The notes under the pieces: generated by a model
The model's database searches: none
Told to the model about the DNA's origin: nothing
Seen by the model: only the letters and a program-made list of their open reading frames with translations
Origin: a virus
Length of the DNA stretch: 64,000 bases
Virus record (IMG/VR): IMGVR_UViG_3300010354_000045
Coordinates: 1-64,000 of that record
Reading direction: 5' to 3' (one strand)
Program-made: the position numbers and the translations under genes
Shown: one piece after another, positions 39,409 to 48,765 of the stretch
Numbering within the stretch: position 1 is the stretch's first letter
Layout of the letters: each line of letters begins with the position of its first letter

Positions 39409-40692
39409 TTATCGGTCAAAGCCGTGTAAGACTGTTACGTTTTTGCCTAGCGGAACTGGTTCGGTAAATTGTAGATAATATCCTGAGCCAACATTAGAAC
39501 CATCAACAATGGTATAAGTCATGCCGATTGGAATTGTCTGGCTTGTTACGTTGGCACTTAATGTAGCACTAGTCAATGCCCCATCGATGCCATCAGTAGT
39601 ATAACTAGTTATAGTTGTTCCATTAGGAATATAAGTAGCATATGCATTGCTAACTTTCGAACTAGCAGTCACGACACCTGCTTGATTTGTTAATGCAAGT
39701 GTATAAGATACAGATGTTGCACTAGGCGCAGGGCTTGCTAACACAGTAAATGTGCCATTGAACAAATTAATGCCTGTGACTGTTATGCTTTGTCCAGCAA
39801 CAAACGGTGTACTTCCTAAGTTAGTAAATGTCAGTGTTGCTACATTACCACTAACTGCGGCAGTTAAAACTGTTAATGAAGTAGCTGTAGTAATTGTAGA
39901 ACCAGTAAGCACAACAGAAGGATATATCAACACACCGTTAACACTAGTTGCTACCATTCTAGTAGTACTAGGCACTGCTGCAAATGCTTGAGAAGTATTA
40001 ATTGTATAACTTCCTGCGCCACCGCTGCCAGCTGTAATAGTTCCGTAAATAAAATTAGTTTCACTATTGGCAACTTGTTGACCAACTGCTAGTTGTGCTT
40101 GAGAACCTGTGCTAACAGCACCAACAGTCATAGTAACTGATTGATTAGCAGCCGAGCTTGCTCCAATGCTAGCAGTAAAAAATGTGCTGAAATAAAGAAC
40201 GTTAGTTCCAGATGCTATTGATTTAGAACTAGAACCCGAATATGTGTTGCCAGCAATGGTTGGATTTTGTGTTACCAAATAATTTATGTCAGCAAGCTGT
40301 ATAACATTTTCTACCACAACTAATAAATTTTTTGCCATTTGAGTAGTATCCCAAGTGACACCGCTTTGTGCTGTAGCAGTAGGAGCCGGATTTAATGGTC
40401 CAAAATAAATTGTTGCGCCATCGCCTGCGCCTAAACTTTGTTGTGTAATTAATCCTGGTTCTTTAAATCTTACACTACGCCATACACCTGTTGATCCTTG
40501 ATAAATTTCAACTTCTTCACTGGTTGTATTATAACGCATCTGGCCTGTCACAGGTCCTGTAATAGCAGAATTGCTCTTTGGTAAAACAAGACTTCTACTT
40601 TCGGTCATTTGAATGTCATTGTTAATATCCAATGCCATGCGGCCATCGTATATTTGTCTACGATTAAGTTGAAGTGTTTTTAAAAATCTCAT
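39409..40692 (-). CDS. Tail/fibre-associated structural protein
   Basis: GQMRYNT..E.EIY motif, LVVVENVIQ, F.EPVP.GK.VTVLHGFD C-terminus. Confidence 0.7.
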   Translation of the reverse strand: MRFLKTLQLNRRQIYDGRMALDINNDIQMTESRSLVLPKSNSAITGPVTGQMRYNTTSEEVEIYQGSTGVWRSVRFKEPGLITQQSLGAGDGATIYFGPLNPAPTATAQSGVTWDTTQMAKNLLVVVENVIQLADINYLVTQNPTIAGNTYSGSSSKSIASGTNVLYFSTFFTASIGASSAANQSVTMTVGAVSTGSQAQLAVGQQVANSETNFIYGTITAGSGGAGSYTINTSQAFAAVPSTTRMVATSVNGVLIYPSVVLTGSTITTATSLTVLTAAVSGNVATLTFTNLGSTPFVAGQSITVTGINLFNGTFTVLASPAPSATSVSYTLALTNQAGVVTASSKVSNAYATYIPNGTTITSYTTDGIDGALTSATLSANVTSQTIPIGMTYTIVDGSNVGSGYYLQFTEPVPLGKNVTVLHGFDR

Positions 40693-40693
40693 A

Positions 40694-41011
40694 TTAAACT
40701 GCCAATGTGCTAACTGTTGCTGTTAAGCCGGCTGCAGAACATATTGCTCTAATTTCATCGCCTGTGCCTAACACCATTTTTTCTTGATCAAAACTAACAG
40801 TATCTCCAGCCGGAACTGAAAGAGCATTAACAATCATAGTTCCGTTGCCCGGTGAACTTCCATTAGGAACTGCATACAACGTAACTGTTTGGGCCGATGC
40901 GCCTGTATTACAAACTATAATGGTAGTAATAGCACGATTGCCAGATCCAGAAGCTAGTGTATTTGCACTACCAACTACTGTTGCTGTAATTTGTGTATTA
41001 AAAATTGGCAT
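40694..41011 (-). CDS. Small beta-sandwich structural protein
   Basis: AITTIIVCN..VPAGDT..EKMVL..GD. Confidence 0.7.
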   Translation of the reverse strand: MPIFNTQITATVVGSANTLASGSGNRAITTIIVCNTGASAQTVTLYAVPNGSSPGNGTMIVNALSVPAGDTVSFDQEKMVLGTGDEIRAICSAAGLTATVSTLAV

Positions 41012-41020
41012 TTCTTATCC

Positions 41021-41989
41021 TTAAAATAACATACTAAACAAAAGCGCTCTATTTTTAGCAACTAATTCATCACTGACTGTAGTGTTAGTGAAATATAAAC
41101 CGCTCGATCCTGGACCTATAGTTGCTAGAGAATACACTTTATTTCTTCCAGATTCAAATGCAGGAGCACTTGCCCTATTAACTATATTTAAAGAAGCGTC
41201 TACTTCAACAAGAGCATTAGTGGCAGTCAAAATTAATTTTTGAGTTGGAGAAATGTTTGTAATAGTATTATTTAAAATATTAACTTGACTGCTTACAGTT
41301 AGACCGCCTGAAGTAACTGTGGCAATTAAATTTGAATTAATAACAAAATCAAGAGACGAAGTTGTAGCCTGGGCTCTTGATTGTTCAACGCCTAAAACAA
41401 CTTTACTAATTTTTTCTAAACTAGCACTAGCAAGATAATCTGCAACATAAGTTGTTACAAATCTTCTATTAGGAATGTCGCTATCATTAATAACTCGTTC
41501 ATGATAATTAGTTGCATTTGCAATTTTTAATACGCCGGTTCCGGCTTGCATATCAAAATTTAAATTAGTGTTTTGTGGTGCAGAAATACTATTAAGTTGT
41601 AGTCCTGTTTGTCCTTCTACTCCTAAATCACTGATAGTTTTTAATACAAAAGATCCAGTTCCTACACTGTTAGTATTAGAATTCCAATGTGTAATATTTT
41701 CTTTAAATAACAAGTACGCATCTTGTTGTGCGCCGCGTTCTATTTGAATACCTGCTTGATAATTTAAAGTTCCGCTTATTCCGTTACCGGTTTCTCCAGC
41801 ATTTATAACAACTATATTATCATTAATTGTTGTAACTGTAGATTGAACTGTTGTAGTGGTACCTCGAACATCAAGATTACCTGTAATGACTACTGTTCCA
41901 GCCGTAGGACCAGTATCAAAAGTAATAGTACCACCATTTGATACTTTTACTCTATAATCAGGTTGGTCAATTCTCAGTATTCTTGACAT
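41021..41989 (-). CDS. Fibre-type structural protein
   Basis: VVITGNLDVRGTTTTV.ST...I.DNIVVIN.GE..AGIQIERG. Confidence 0.7.
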   Translation of the reverse strand: MSRILRIDQPDYRVKVSNGGTITFDTGPTAGTVVITGNLDVRGTTTTVQSTVTTINDNIVVINAGETGNGISGTLNYQAGIQIERGAQQDAYLLFKENITHWNSNTNSVGTGSFVLKTISDLGVEGQTGLQLNSISAPQNTNLNFDMQAGTGVLKIANATNYHERVINDSDIPNRRFVTTYVADYLASASLEKISKVVLGVEQSRAQATTSSLDFVINSNLIATVTSGGLTVSSQVNILNNTITNISPTQKLILTATNALVEVDASLNIVNRASAPAFESGRNKVYSLATIGPGSSGLYFTNTTVSDELVAKNRALLFSMLF

Positions 41990-42003
41990 TATAAATCCTT
42001 AAA

Positions 42004-42024
42004 ATGGGGGAATAAATCCCCCAT
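42004..42024 (-). terminator. Intergenic hairpin (terminator or 5' stabiliser)
   Basis: ATGGGGGA-ataaa-TCCCCCAT; TAAATA immediately upstream on minus strand. Confidence 0.5.
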
Positions 42025-42032
42025 ATTTATTT

Positions 42033-42752
42033 TTAGTGGTTGCTAATCTGAACTCTACCGCTAACAGCAGCATCAAACGACCATTTTGCAGAAGCACCGC
42101 TGGCAAAAGCAGTACCTGCAGAACTAGTGCCACCGTGTGTATTAGCTACTGGAACTAATACTGCTCTGTATGCAGTTAATTTTGACACAAGGTAAGTGCC
42201 GCCTGCACTGTCAGTAGCCATAATGCTCATTTCGTTTGCACCTAACGTTCCGTCAACAGTAGTAACTAATTTACAGACTGCGGTGCCGTCAGCAGTAGTA
42301 ACTTTATAACGACGAGATCCTGTTTGTTTAACAATATCACCCACTAGTACTTCTGATCCAGCACCAATTTGTGCTTCACACTTAATACTATTTTGACGAG
42401 CGTTTGCACCGCTAGTTAAAGTTGCTACAGGTGTAGCGCTACCAGATCCACCTGCAATACTACCGTTAAATGTAATTGTTGGAGCACTTGTATAACCAGA
42501 CCCTGCTGAAACAACTGTTACAGTATAAGCTGTTGCACCTGTCACTGTTACAGTTAATACTGGTTTTGCACCACCGGTTAAATCCGGTGCACCAATACTG
42601 GCTGCTGGAATTGTGTATGTACCATTTACTAGAGTTGCTAAAGTACCTGCTGGATTTGTTACGCTGGCAATTGCTTCGCCGCCCACGTTAGCTCCACCAA
42701 ACTTAGCGTAGTTTGTATTTGCAAAATATTTTTTCTGAATTGGACGTCCCAT
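42033..42752 (-). CDS. Putative capsid decoration/structural protein downstream of MCP
   Basis: Start at ATG 42752 (MGRPIQKKYF) with AAGGAG SD; GSGYTSAPTITF, IVKQ.GSRRYKV. Confidence 0.7.
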   Translation of the reverse strand: MGRPIQKKYFANTNYAKFGGANVGGEAIASVTNPAGTLATLVNGTYTIPAASIGAPDLTGGAKPVLTVTVTGATAYTVTVVSAGSGYTSAPTITFNGSIAGGSGSATPVATLTSGANARQNSIKCEAQIGAGSEVLVGDIVKQTGSRRYKVTTADGTAVCKLVTTVDGTLGANEMSIMATDSAGGTYLVSKLTAYRAVLVPVANTHGGTSSAGTAFASGASAKWSFDAAVSGRVQISNH

Positions 42753-42840
42753 TTGTTTCTCCTTGTGTTGACGTTCTAGGTCTACGCTGTGGGGTACAGC
42801 ATAAGTCTCTTTCGAGCTCATTTATTAGACATAGTATTTA
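42753..42840 (-). promoter_or_regulatory. Late promoter plus structured 5' leader
   Basis: TAAATA 42840-42835; GTCTA/TAGAC stem enclosing CTC-GAAA-GAG and GCTGT/ACAGC hairpins. Confidence 0.6.
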
Positions 42841-42850
42841 GCCGTAAATG

Positions 42851-42875
42851 AAAAAGGGCTCCTAAGAGCCCTTTT
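42851..42875 (-). terminator. Rho-independent terminator after major capsid gene
   Basis: AAAAGGGCTC-TTAG-GAGCCCTTTTT. Confidence 0.88.
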
Positions 42876-42905
42876 AAAGAACACAACAACCTTTCGGTAT
42901 GTTGA

Positions 42906-44072
42906 TTAGCTAAACTTAACGTTTGCGTCAGTAATAGCAACTTTACCTAGATAGTCAGCTGCGTTACCTAGAGAAGAAGCTGTGTTGCTTAACTCTACAT
43001 AACCATAACGTGTCATGAAGCTAACTACTGGCTCAAATGTTGCTGGATCTAGAACAACACCACTGCTCATCAATGGAATGTATGGGCAATAGAATGCTGC
43101 TGCGTCACTTTCGCTTGAACCTTTGTAACCGATTAGAACTGCGGTTCCGTCTGTGGCATAGCTGTTTACATATACCTTCATTGCGCCATTTAGAGTACCA
43201 ACAAACTTGGTGTTTGTAGGTGCTTCGAATGTGCCTTCGGTTGTACGTGCAAAAGCTGATGTTGTTGCTGACTGAAGAATTGTAAGTGCAAATGGACTTA
43301 CAACTGCCCAGTTACCAGCACCACGACGTGTACGCTGAGCGATCAAGTTGCTTACGCGATTGATCTGAACAGCAAGTGCAGCGTGCTCGTCACCAACGAA
43401 TGTAGCAGTACCGCTTACGGCTGCTTGATCATAAGTTTGTGTAGCTGTGCCAGCTAGTGTTGCTAGAGAAGCTAGAATCTCTTGGTCAATTTCAGCTGTG
43501 ATTTCTTGTGCTAAAGCAGCCATAATTTCTGCTTCAACGTCGATACCTTGCTGAGCTTGTGCATCTTGAGCAGCTTCGAATGTCCAACGTGCGCTTAGTT
43601 TGCGTGTTTTGGCTTCGACTGTCTGCTTTAAGATTTGAATGCTCATACGCTTTCCAGCTTGACCTTCAAGCGTAGCTGTAGAAACAGCCTTACCTGTAGA
43701 ATCAGCTGAATAGCCTTCAGCAATCTTGAATGGGCTTAGTGCCTCTTCACCGGCTACAACGCCAGCATTGCTGCTTGTATCAGCATAGCGAACACGTAGA
43801 GTGTGAATTTGGCCAACTGGGCCTGTCATTGGCTGTACGCCGACCAACTCGTTAGCAATAACGGTTGGCATAACACGACGGATCACTGGAAGGATCACGC
43901 GGTTAAGTGTGGAAATGTTGCCAGCAGAAGTAGCACCAGCAGTTGGACTTTCCATTAGATACTTACGTGTATTCTCTAATGTAACTCCCATAACTGATCT
44001 CTTAGTGCCTTGTAAGCCTTCTAGTAGGGCTTCTCTAGTTTCTGCCCAACGTCCTGTAAGTAGTTCAGACAT
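42906..44072 (-). CDS. gp23: Major capsid protein
   Basis: LVGVQPMTGPVGQI, VEAKTRKLSARWTFE.AQD, EI.AEIDQE, RTRRGAGN, FYCPYIPL, FMTRYG. Confidence 0.97.
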   Translation of the reverse strand: MSELLTGRWAETREALLEGLQGTKRSVMGVTLENTRKYLMESPTAGATSAGNISTLNRVILPVIRRVMPTVIANELVGVQPMTGPVGQIHTLRVRYADTSSNAGVVAGEEALSPFKIAEGYSADSTGKAVSTATLEGQAGKRMSIQILKQTVEAKTRKLSARWTFEAAQDAQAQQGIDVEAEIMAALAQEITAEIDQEILASLATLAGTATQTYDQAAVSGTATFVGDEHAALAVQINRVSNLIAQRTRRGAGNWAVVSPFALTILQSATTSAFARTTEGTFEAPTNTKFVGTLNGAMKVYVNSYATDGTAVLIGYKGSSESDAAAFYCPYIPLMSSGVVLDPATFEPVVSFMTRYGYVELSNTASSLGNAADYLGKVAITDANVKFS

Positions 44073-44083
44073 TTAATTTCTCC

Positions 44084-45187
44084 TTAAATTTTTAGTCCTG
44101 CGAGTTTGCGAATATCGATGATGTTCGTGTCTGCCTCGCTGCTACGGTTGGTGTTGGTAATTGATTTATTACCTGTTACTTCTTTTGCCTCTACTAGTGC
44201 CTGTTTCTTCTGCGGAGCTTTGCTGTTGCCAGCAATTACAGATGGAAGATATCTATTAAAACTTTCGTTTAGTTTGACAGTCTTCACACTCTCCAATAGT
44301 TCTTTCATGATGTCACGTTGCTCAACACTAAGTGGAGCTAGTAATTCACTCATGATTACTTGTCTTTCTTGCGATTCTTTTAGATTCGCAATTTCTGCTT
44401 TTTTGCTTTCTATTACTTCTTCAGCTTTAACTACGGCTTCTGCAGCCTCTTTAATAGCTAAATCTTTCAGGTCTATGACTTTGAGCAATTTTGCAGTTTC
44501 TGATTTTTCATTTAGGTAACTGGACTGATATTCTTGGGCAAAAGCTTCGAATAACTTACGTCCAAAATCTGCACGTCGAGCAGCTTCGATGTCTTCTTTA
44601 AGTGATGTAATTTCAGTACGTAGACCTTCTGTTACTACACTTTCAACCATCTGAGCAGCACGTTGTACAAACTCTTGTTTTACCTTCTTGATCTGTTCAC
44701 GTCCTTCACGGATCAAACGAACCTTGGTTTCTGCAAGGTCTTGTTTGTCTTTGTAGAACTCTGTAATTTCTTGAGCTAGAGCCTCAACTACAAATTCTTC
44801 TAACTTGCTGAACTTGCTAGCCATTACTACTTGATCTTCATGCAATTCTTTAACTTCAGAAGCTAGTTGACGAGTAACAAATTCTTTCATTACGTTAGAA
44901 TCTTTTTTCATCTTGACAGCATATTTGGCTTTCATTTCGGCCAACTGTCTACGATCGTCAGCAAATTCAACTAGTTCTGAGGCTAGTTGCTCGCTGAGCA
45001 TACGATCTACTGCTTCAATCATTGCATTCTTATCATGCTCGTAACGCTGTGCAAACTCTTCGCGTAGTTGTTGAGTTACTTGTTCACGGTTCTCGTTAAT
45101 ACGAGCTTCCCATGCTTGTTCGATTGACTCTTTGATCTCTTCAGAAATCACATTGTTCTCAAATAACTGTTTTAGCGCATCCAACAT
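44084..45187 (-). CDS. gp22: Prohead core scaffolding protein
   Basis: Glu-rich coiled coil between protease and MCP. Confidence 0.85.
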   Translation of the reverse strand: MLDALKQLFENNVISEEIKESIEQAWEARINENREQVTQQLREEFAQRYEHDKNAMIEAVDRMLSEQLASELVEFADDRRQLAEMKAKYAVKMKKDSNVMKEFVTRQLASEVKELHEDQVVMASKFSKLEEFVVEALAQEITEFYKDKQDLAETKVRLIREGREQIKKVKQEFVQRAAQMVESVVTEGLRTEITSLKEDIEAARRADFGRKLFEAFAQEYQSSYLNEKSETAKLLKVIDLKDLAIKEAAEAVVKAEEVIESKKAEIANLKESQERQVIMSELLAPLSVEQRDIMKELLESVKTVKLNESFNRYLPSVIAGNSKAPQKKQALVEAKEVTGNKSITNTNRSSEADTNIIDIRKLAGLKI

Positions 45188-45200
45188 GTGATTCTCCTTG

Positions 45201-45829
45201 TTATTGGAGTTTGCTTATTATTGATAATAAGCTCTCTTTGAGATATTTCTGTGCCTTTGGGTCGCCCTTCACCTCCTGCGCTATACGCAAGGCGTTGAAT
45301 CCACCGCGATTATTCATCAGGTGTTCATAGATTGGCGTAGGATACGCCCCCGGGGCACTGGGTTGAGCTACCATATCTACGGTGATAATCTCAAAATCCG
45401 AAACTTCACCGGAACCGTCTGCTTTGACGTTACCGGATCCGCGACTGCTAACTCCCAATTTGACTCCTGACTCTAACATAGTTCTAATCAGTTGCCCCAT
45501 TGGGGTAGGAAGTATTTTCAACTTCCCATAACCGTTAGGACCGTCCATCCACATATTAACAATCATATGAGACACACGGTCCAGGTTAATTTTTAGATCA
45601 TCAGGATGATCTACTTCTCCGAGAACTGAATAGCCGTTCTGAATCTGATCGTTTAAGGTTTTGACAGCCTTGCCAATCTCTTGAACAGGATAACACGCTG
45701 ATTAGCGTTTCTTATACCGCCCTGAATACAAATTCCGGACATGTATAAGTTTTTCCCTTCTTTGTCATCAGATTCAACGACCATTTTGGCTTCGTTGAAA
45801 CTGAGATTCTCTCGGAGGTATTGCGACAT
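45201..45829 (-). CDS. gp21: Prohead protease, split by a 1-nt frameshift near 45692
   Basis: GICIQGGIRNANQRV in one frame continues YPVQEIG..LGEVDHP..VSH..GVSSRGSG..DMVAQPSAPGAYP in the -1 frame (CGT GTT ^AT CCT lacks one T). Confidence 0.9.
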
Positions 45830-45835
45830 TATCAA

Positions 45836-46654
45836 TTAGCCTTTGCTACCAATAAGGCTCTTTTTGTTCTGAGCAGTTTCTCCAGCACCTTTCTTTTCAG
45901 CACCGTGACCTGGCTCTTTCTTTTTAAATGCTGTTTTACCAGCATTGCCGCCTGGAACATTAATATTTCCAGCATTGTCTTCTTTAGTTGCAGGATTTAG
46001 CAATCCGCCTTTTGTACCTGCACCTTTTTCTTCGTGACTTTGTGCAATGTTCTTGTTAGAACCGCCCATGTCATTTTTCATATTGTCAATAAGAGACTTG
46101 GTGTTAGTACCGTTATCGCCGTGTTTTGGTGCTGGAACTTTGTTAACATATTCCATAACAGGTGCAGGTGCTACCATTTCACCTTCTTCACCCATGCCAC
46201 CTTGCATCATAGCATCAAGGTCGCCACCTTCTTCACCACCTTCTTCACCTGCCATTAGAGCTTCAAATTCTGCTTTTAGGTCTTCTAGTGCATCTTCAAG
46301 GTCAAGAATACGATCGGTTTGTTCTTCGTCGGACATATCGGCACCTTCTTCGTCACCCATATCACCTTCTTCGTCACCCATATCTCCTTCTTCGTCACCC
46401 ATATCACCTTCTTCGTCACCCATATCACCTTCTTCGTCACCTTCTTCGTCACCGAACATTTCTTCAACGGCTTCTTCTTCAGGTGCGGCTTCTCCTTCGC
46501 CTTCTTCGGCTAAGTCAAAGTCTTCGCTTAATAATTCTTCGTAGATTTCACGAGATTTTGCTACTACGATATTGTGAAAAATCTCTTTTGCTTTTTCTTG
46601 ATCCTCATTAATGAGAGCTTCAAGCATTGCTTCAAATTGAGCGCGGTCAGTCAT
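45836..46654 (-). CDS. Acidic prohead core protein (gp67/gp68-like position)
   Basis: ATG 46654 with AGGAG SD; very acidic; between portal and protease. Confidence 0.7.
   Translation of the reverse strand: MTDRAQFEAMLEALINEDQEKAKEIFHNIVVAKSREIYEELLSEDFDLAEEGEGEAAPEEEAVEEMFGDEEGDEEGDMGDEEGDMGDEEGDMGDEEGDMGDEEGADMSDEEQTDRILDLEDALEDLKAEFEALMAGEEGGEEGGDLDAMMQGGMGEEGEMVAPAPVMEYVNKVPAPKHGDNGTNTKSLIDNMKNDMGGSNKNIAQSHEEKGAGTKGGLLNPATKEDNAGNINVPGGNAGKTAFKKKEPGHGAEKKGAGETAQNKKSLIGSKG
46342..46453. repeat. 21-bp tandem repeat (EEGDMGD) about 4.5 copies
   Basis: caccttcttcgtcacccatat units. Confidence 0.9.
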
Positions 46655-46759
46655 GTTTGTTTCTCCTGTATTAGACAAGGCTGTATTATATTTACATTTA
46701 ATTTGAAAAAATGTGCTGAAATGCCGCAAAAACGACAGATTTTTTGCGGATTTTAAAAA

Positions 46760-46999
46760 TTACTGAGCAGGAGCCGACGGTGTTGCGTACATAGAGTGAA
46801 TAAATTCTAATTCTGTCTCTTGTTCTAAAATATGTGCTTCACTACTCTTACGTAATTCATTAAGTTGTTTTAATGTTAATCTAGTTTTTCTTGTGTCATC
46901 TCGTTTTATAGACGTAATGTCACGACTAGGTTCGTAGCGTAAATCATTAGCTACTTGCCTAGTATCTGGATCAATATAAAACAACTCTCTTAGAATCAT
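46760..46999 (-). CDS. Small head-module protein
   Basis: 79 aa MILRELF..DTRKTRLTLKQLNELRK; TAAATA 5 nt before ATG. Confidence 0.75.
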   Translation of the reverse strand: MILRELFYIDPDTRQVANDLRYEPSRDITSIKRDDTRKTRLTLKQLNELRKSSEAHILEQETELEFIHSMYATPSAPAQ

Positions 47000-47007
47000 G
47001 TTATTAT

Positions 47008-48756
47008 TTATGCAGCTGGTGGTGTTGCAGGGCCTGCTGCCGCAGCAGGAGCAACAGGTGGAGTTTGACCTTCTGCACTAGGTTCAGCAGCTATGTCATC
47101 AGGTGCAGATAAATCTCCAGCCATACCTAAGTCGCCTTCAATACCAGCAGCACTTAGGCCTGCTGAACGTAATTCGCCGGCAGCATCGGTATGTGTGGGT
47201 TGTCCTTTACCTTGTTCTTCGCCCCACATGCGTTCATTTTCTGCAATTTCTTCTTCACTTAGACCTAAAAATCTACGTAAAGCAAATCGTTTTGACATGT
47301 AGGGCACTTGTTGAATTGTGTTAAATGTATTAATTCTTTCTGTATCAATTGCTGCTTGACGGCTGCTGGCAAAATTCATCGGTGGATTAAACTTCAATTC
47401 AAATAAATTTGAATCGATATTAACTCCCCTGCTGTGCATATACATCTTAAATTCTTCGTCAAAAACAGCAGTTAACAAAGATTGTAAACGTTCGCAGTAC
47501 TTGTTAAAACGTAGTTCTTGAATGTATGCAGTACCAACACGACCGTCATTAAACGAAGCTTGACTATCATCTGCGCCAGTTGGCAGGTAGCTACTAGGTA
47601 TACGCAGACCGCGGAATAATTTATTGGTAAAATATTTTAAGTCATCTATTTCACCTAAATTTGTGCCGCCTGGCAATGTTTCAACTTTTGATCCTCGTCC
47701 TTCTGCGGTTGTTGGAAAGAAATAATCTTCATTAATGCTTAAAGGATTGTAAGCCGAATCAATCACATTTTGACCGCCACCTGTTTGGCTAGGAATTCGT
47801 CGTTGATGGATTTCATTTTTAACACGCTCTACAAAGGCCATAGCCATGTGACTGGGCATATTACCGACATCAATGTGGAACACTCTACGTTCTGGAGCAC
47901 GTTGTATACGATAGATTAAAATAGCATCTTCAAGCAACTCTTTTTGCTTGTATACTTTAAAAATATTTTCTAGTAAGCTGTTACCAAATGGATAGTTATT
48001 ATCTAATCCTTCTGATAAGCTTAAATGGACCATATGCTCAGAGTTAATAGCATATTCTGTTTCACTTAATCCAAATCGACTACCTGAAGTTGAGCTTGGA
48101 TAGGGTCCAGCAGTTCCTCGTTGTATTCCTGGTGCGCCTAGATAACCCGAGTTTCCTGGAACTCCGGCATTATTACTTCTTGGATTAATATTAGGTGTGA
48201 TCTGTGTTGCAACTAAATCTACAAAATTTGGTGCTAGATCTTTAACTACATACTGTTCAGGTGCTTTACCTTCACTTTCGTTAACGATAATTTTAACAAT
48301 TTTTGTTGGATCTACATAACTCCACTTTTGTGTTTCAGGATCTCTAATAAAAAATGCATCGCCGTATTTGTAAATGTTACGTACAATTCTAAATATTCTA
48401 GTGTCAAATTGTTGTAATTTAACCCACTGCTGTAGATACTCACTTAAAATTCTAACTTCACTGTTTGTAGCTTTATGCCGCCACTGAACAGTAAACGGAC
48501 TTTTTCCGTCTTTAGATTTTTGTGTACAAAATTCTGCAAGTATATCTAAGGCAGCATTGACTTCAGGATCACTGTCCATTACTTCGTACTGTTGATATCT
48601 TTCAATTCTATTAGGGCTACCTGTATAGACATCAGGCAAATACGAACTATAATTTGTTCGTGCTGGGCCTGGTCTTGAACCAGATTCAATACCAGAAATT
48701 GGACTTAGGCTTGTTCCTTTAACAGGAACTGGGGTGAAATATTTTTTCCAGCTCAT
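47008..48756 (-). CDS. gp20: Portal vertex protein
   Basis: LLEDAILIYRIQRAPERRVFHIDVGNMP, EDYFFP...GRGSKVETLPGG.NLGEIDD, ELRFNK. Confidence 0.96.
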   Translation of the reverse strand: MSWKKYFTPVPVKGTSLSPISGIESGSRPGPARTNYSSYLPDVYTGSPNRIERYQQYEVMDSDPEVNAALDILAEFCTQKSKDGKSPFTVQWRHKATNSEVRILSEYLQQWVKLQQFDTRIFRIVRNIYKYGDAFFIRDPETQKWSYVDPTKIVKIIVNESEGKAPEQYVVKDLAPNFVDLVATQITPNINPRSNNAGVPGNSGYLGAPGIQRGTAGPYPSSTSGSRFGLSETEYAINSEHMVHLSLSEGLDNNYPFGNSLLENIFKVYKQKELLEDAILIYRIQRAPERRVFHIDVGNMPSHMAMAFVERVKNEIHQRRIPSQTGGGQNVIDSAYNPLSINEDYFFPTTAEGRGSKVETLPGGTNLGEIDDLKYFTNKLFRGLRIPSSYLPTGADDSQASFNDGRVGTAYIQELRFNKYCERLQSLLTAVFDEEFKMYMHSRGVNIDSNLFELKFNPPMNFASSRQAAIDTERINTFNTIQQVPYMSKRFALRRFLGLSEEEIAENERMWGEEQGKGQPTHTDAAGELRSAGLSAAGIEGDLGMAGDLSAPDDIAAEPSAEGQTPPVAPAAAAGPATPPAA

Positions 48757-48765
48757 CGATTGTCC

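Noticed and set aside
42753-42821. Longer N-termini proposed by the ORF track (also 2880, 14468, 46729, 57321, 59437)
   Set aside because: Downstream ATGs fit better with SD or promoter position and avoid overlaps with neighbouring genes
46342-46453. CRISPR-like array
   Set aside because: Contiguous in-frame coding repeats with no unique spacers; no cas genes
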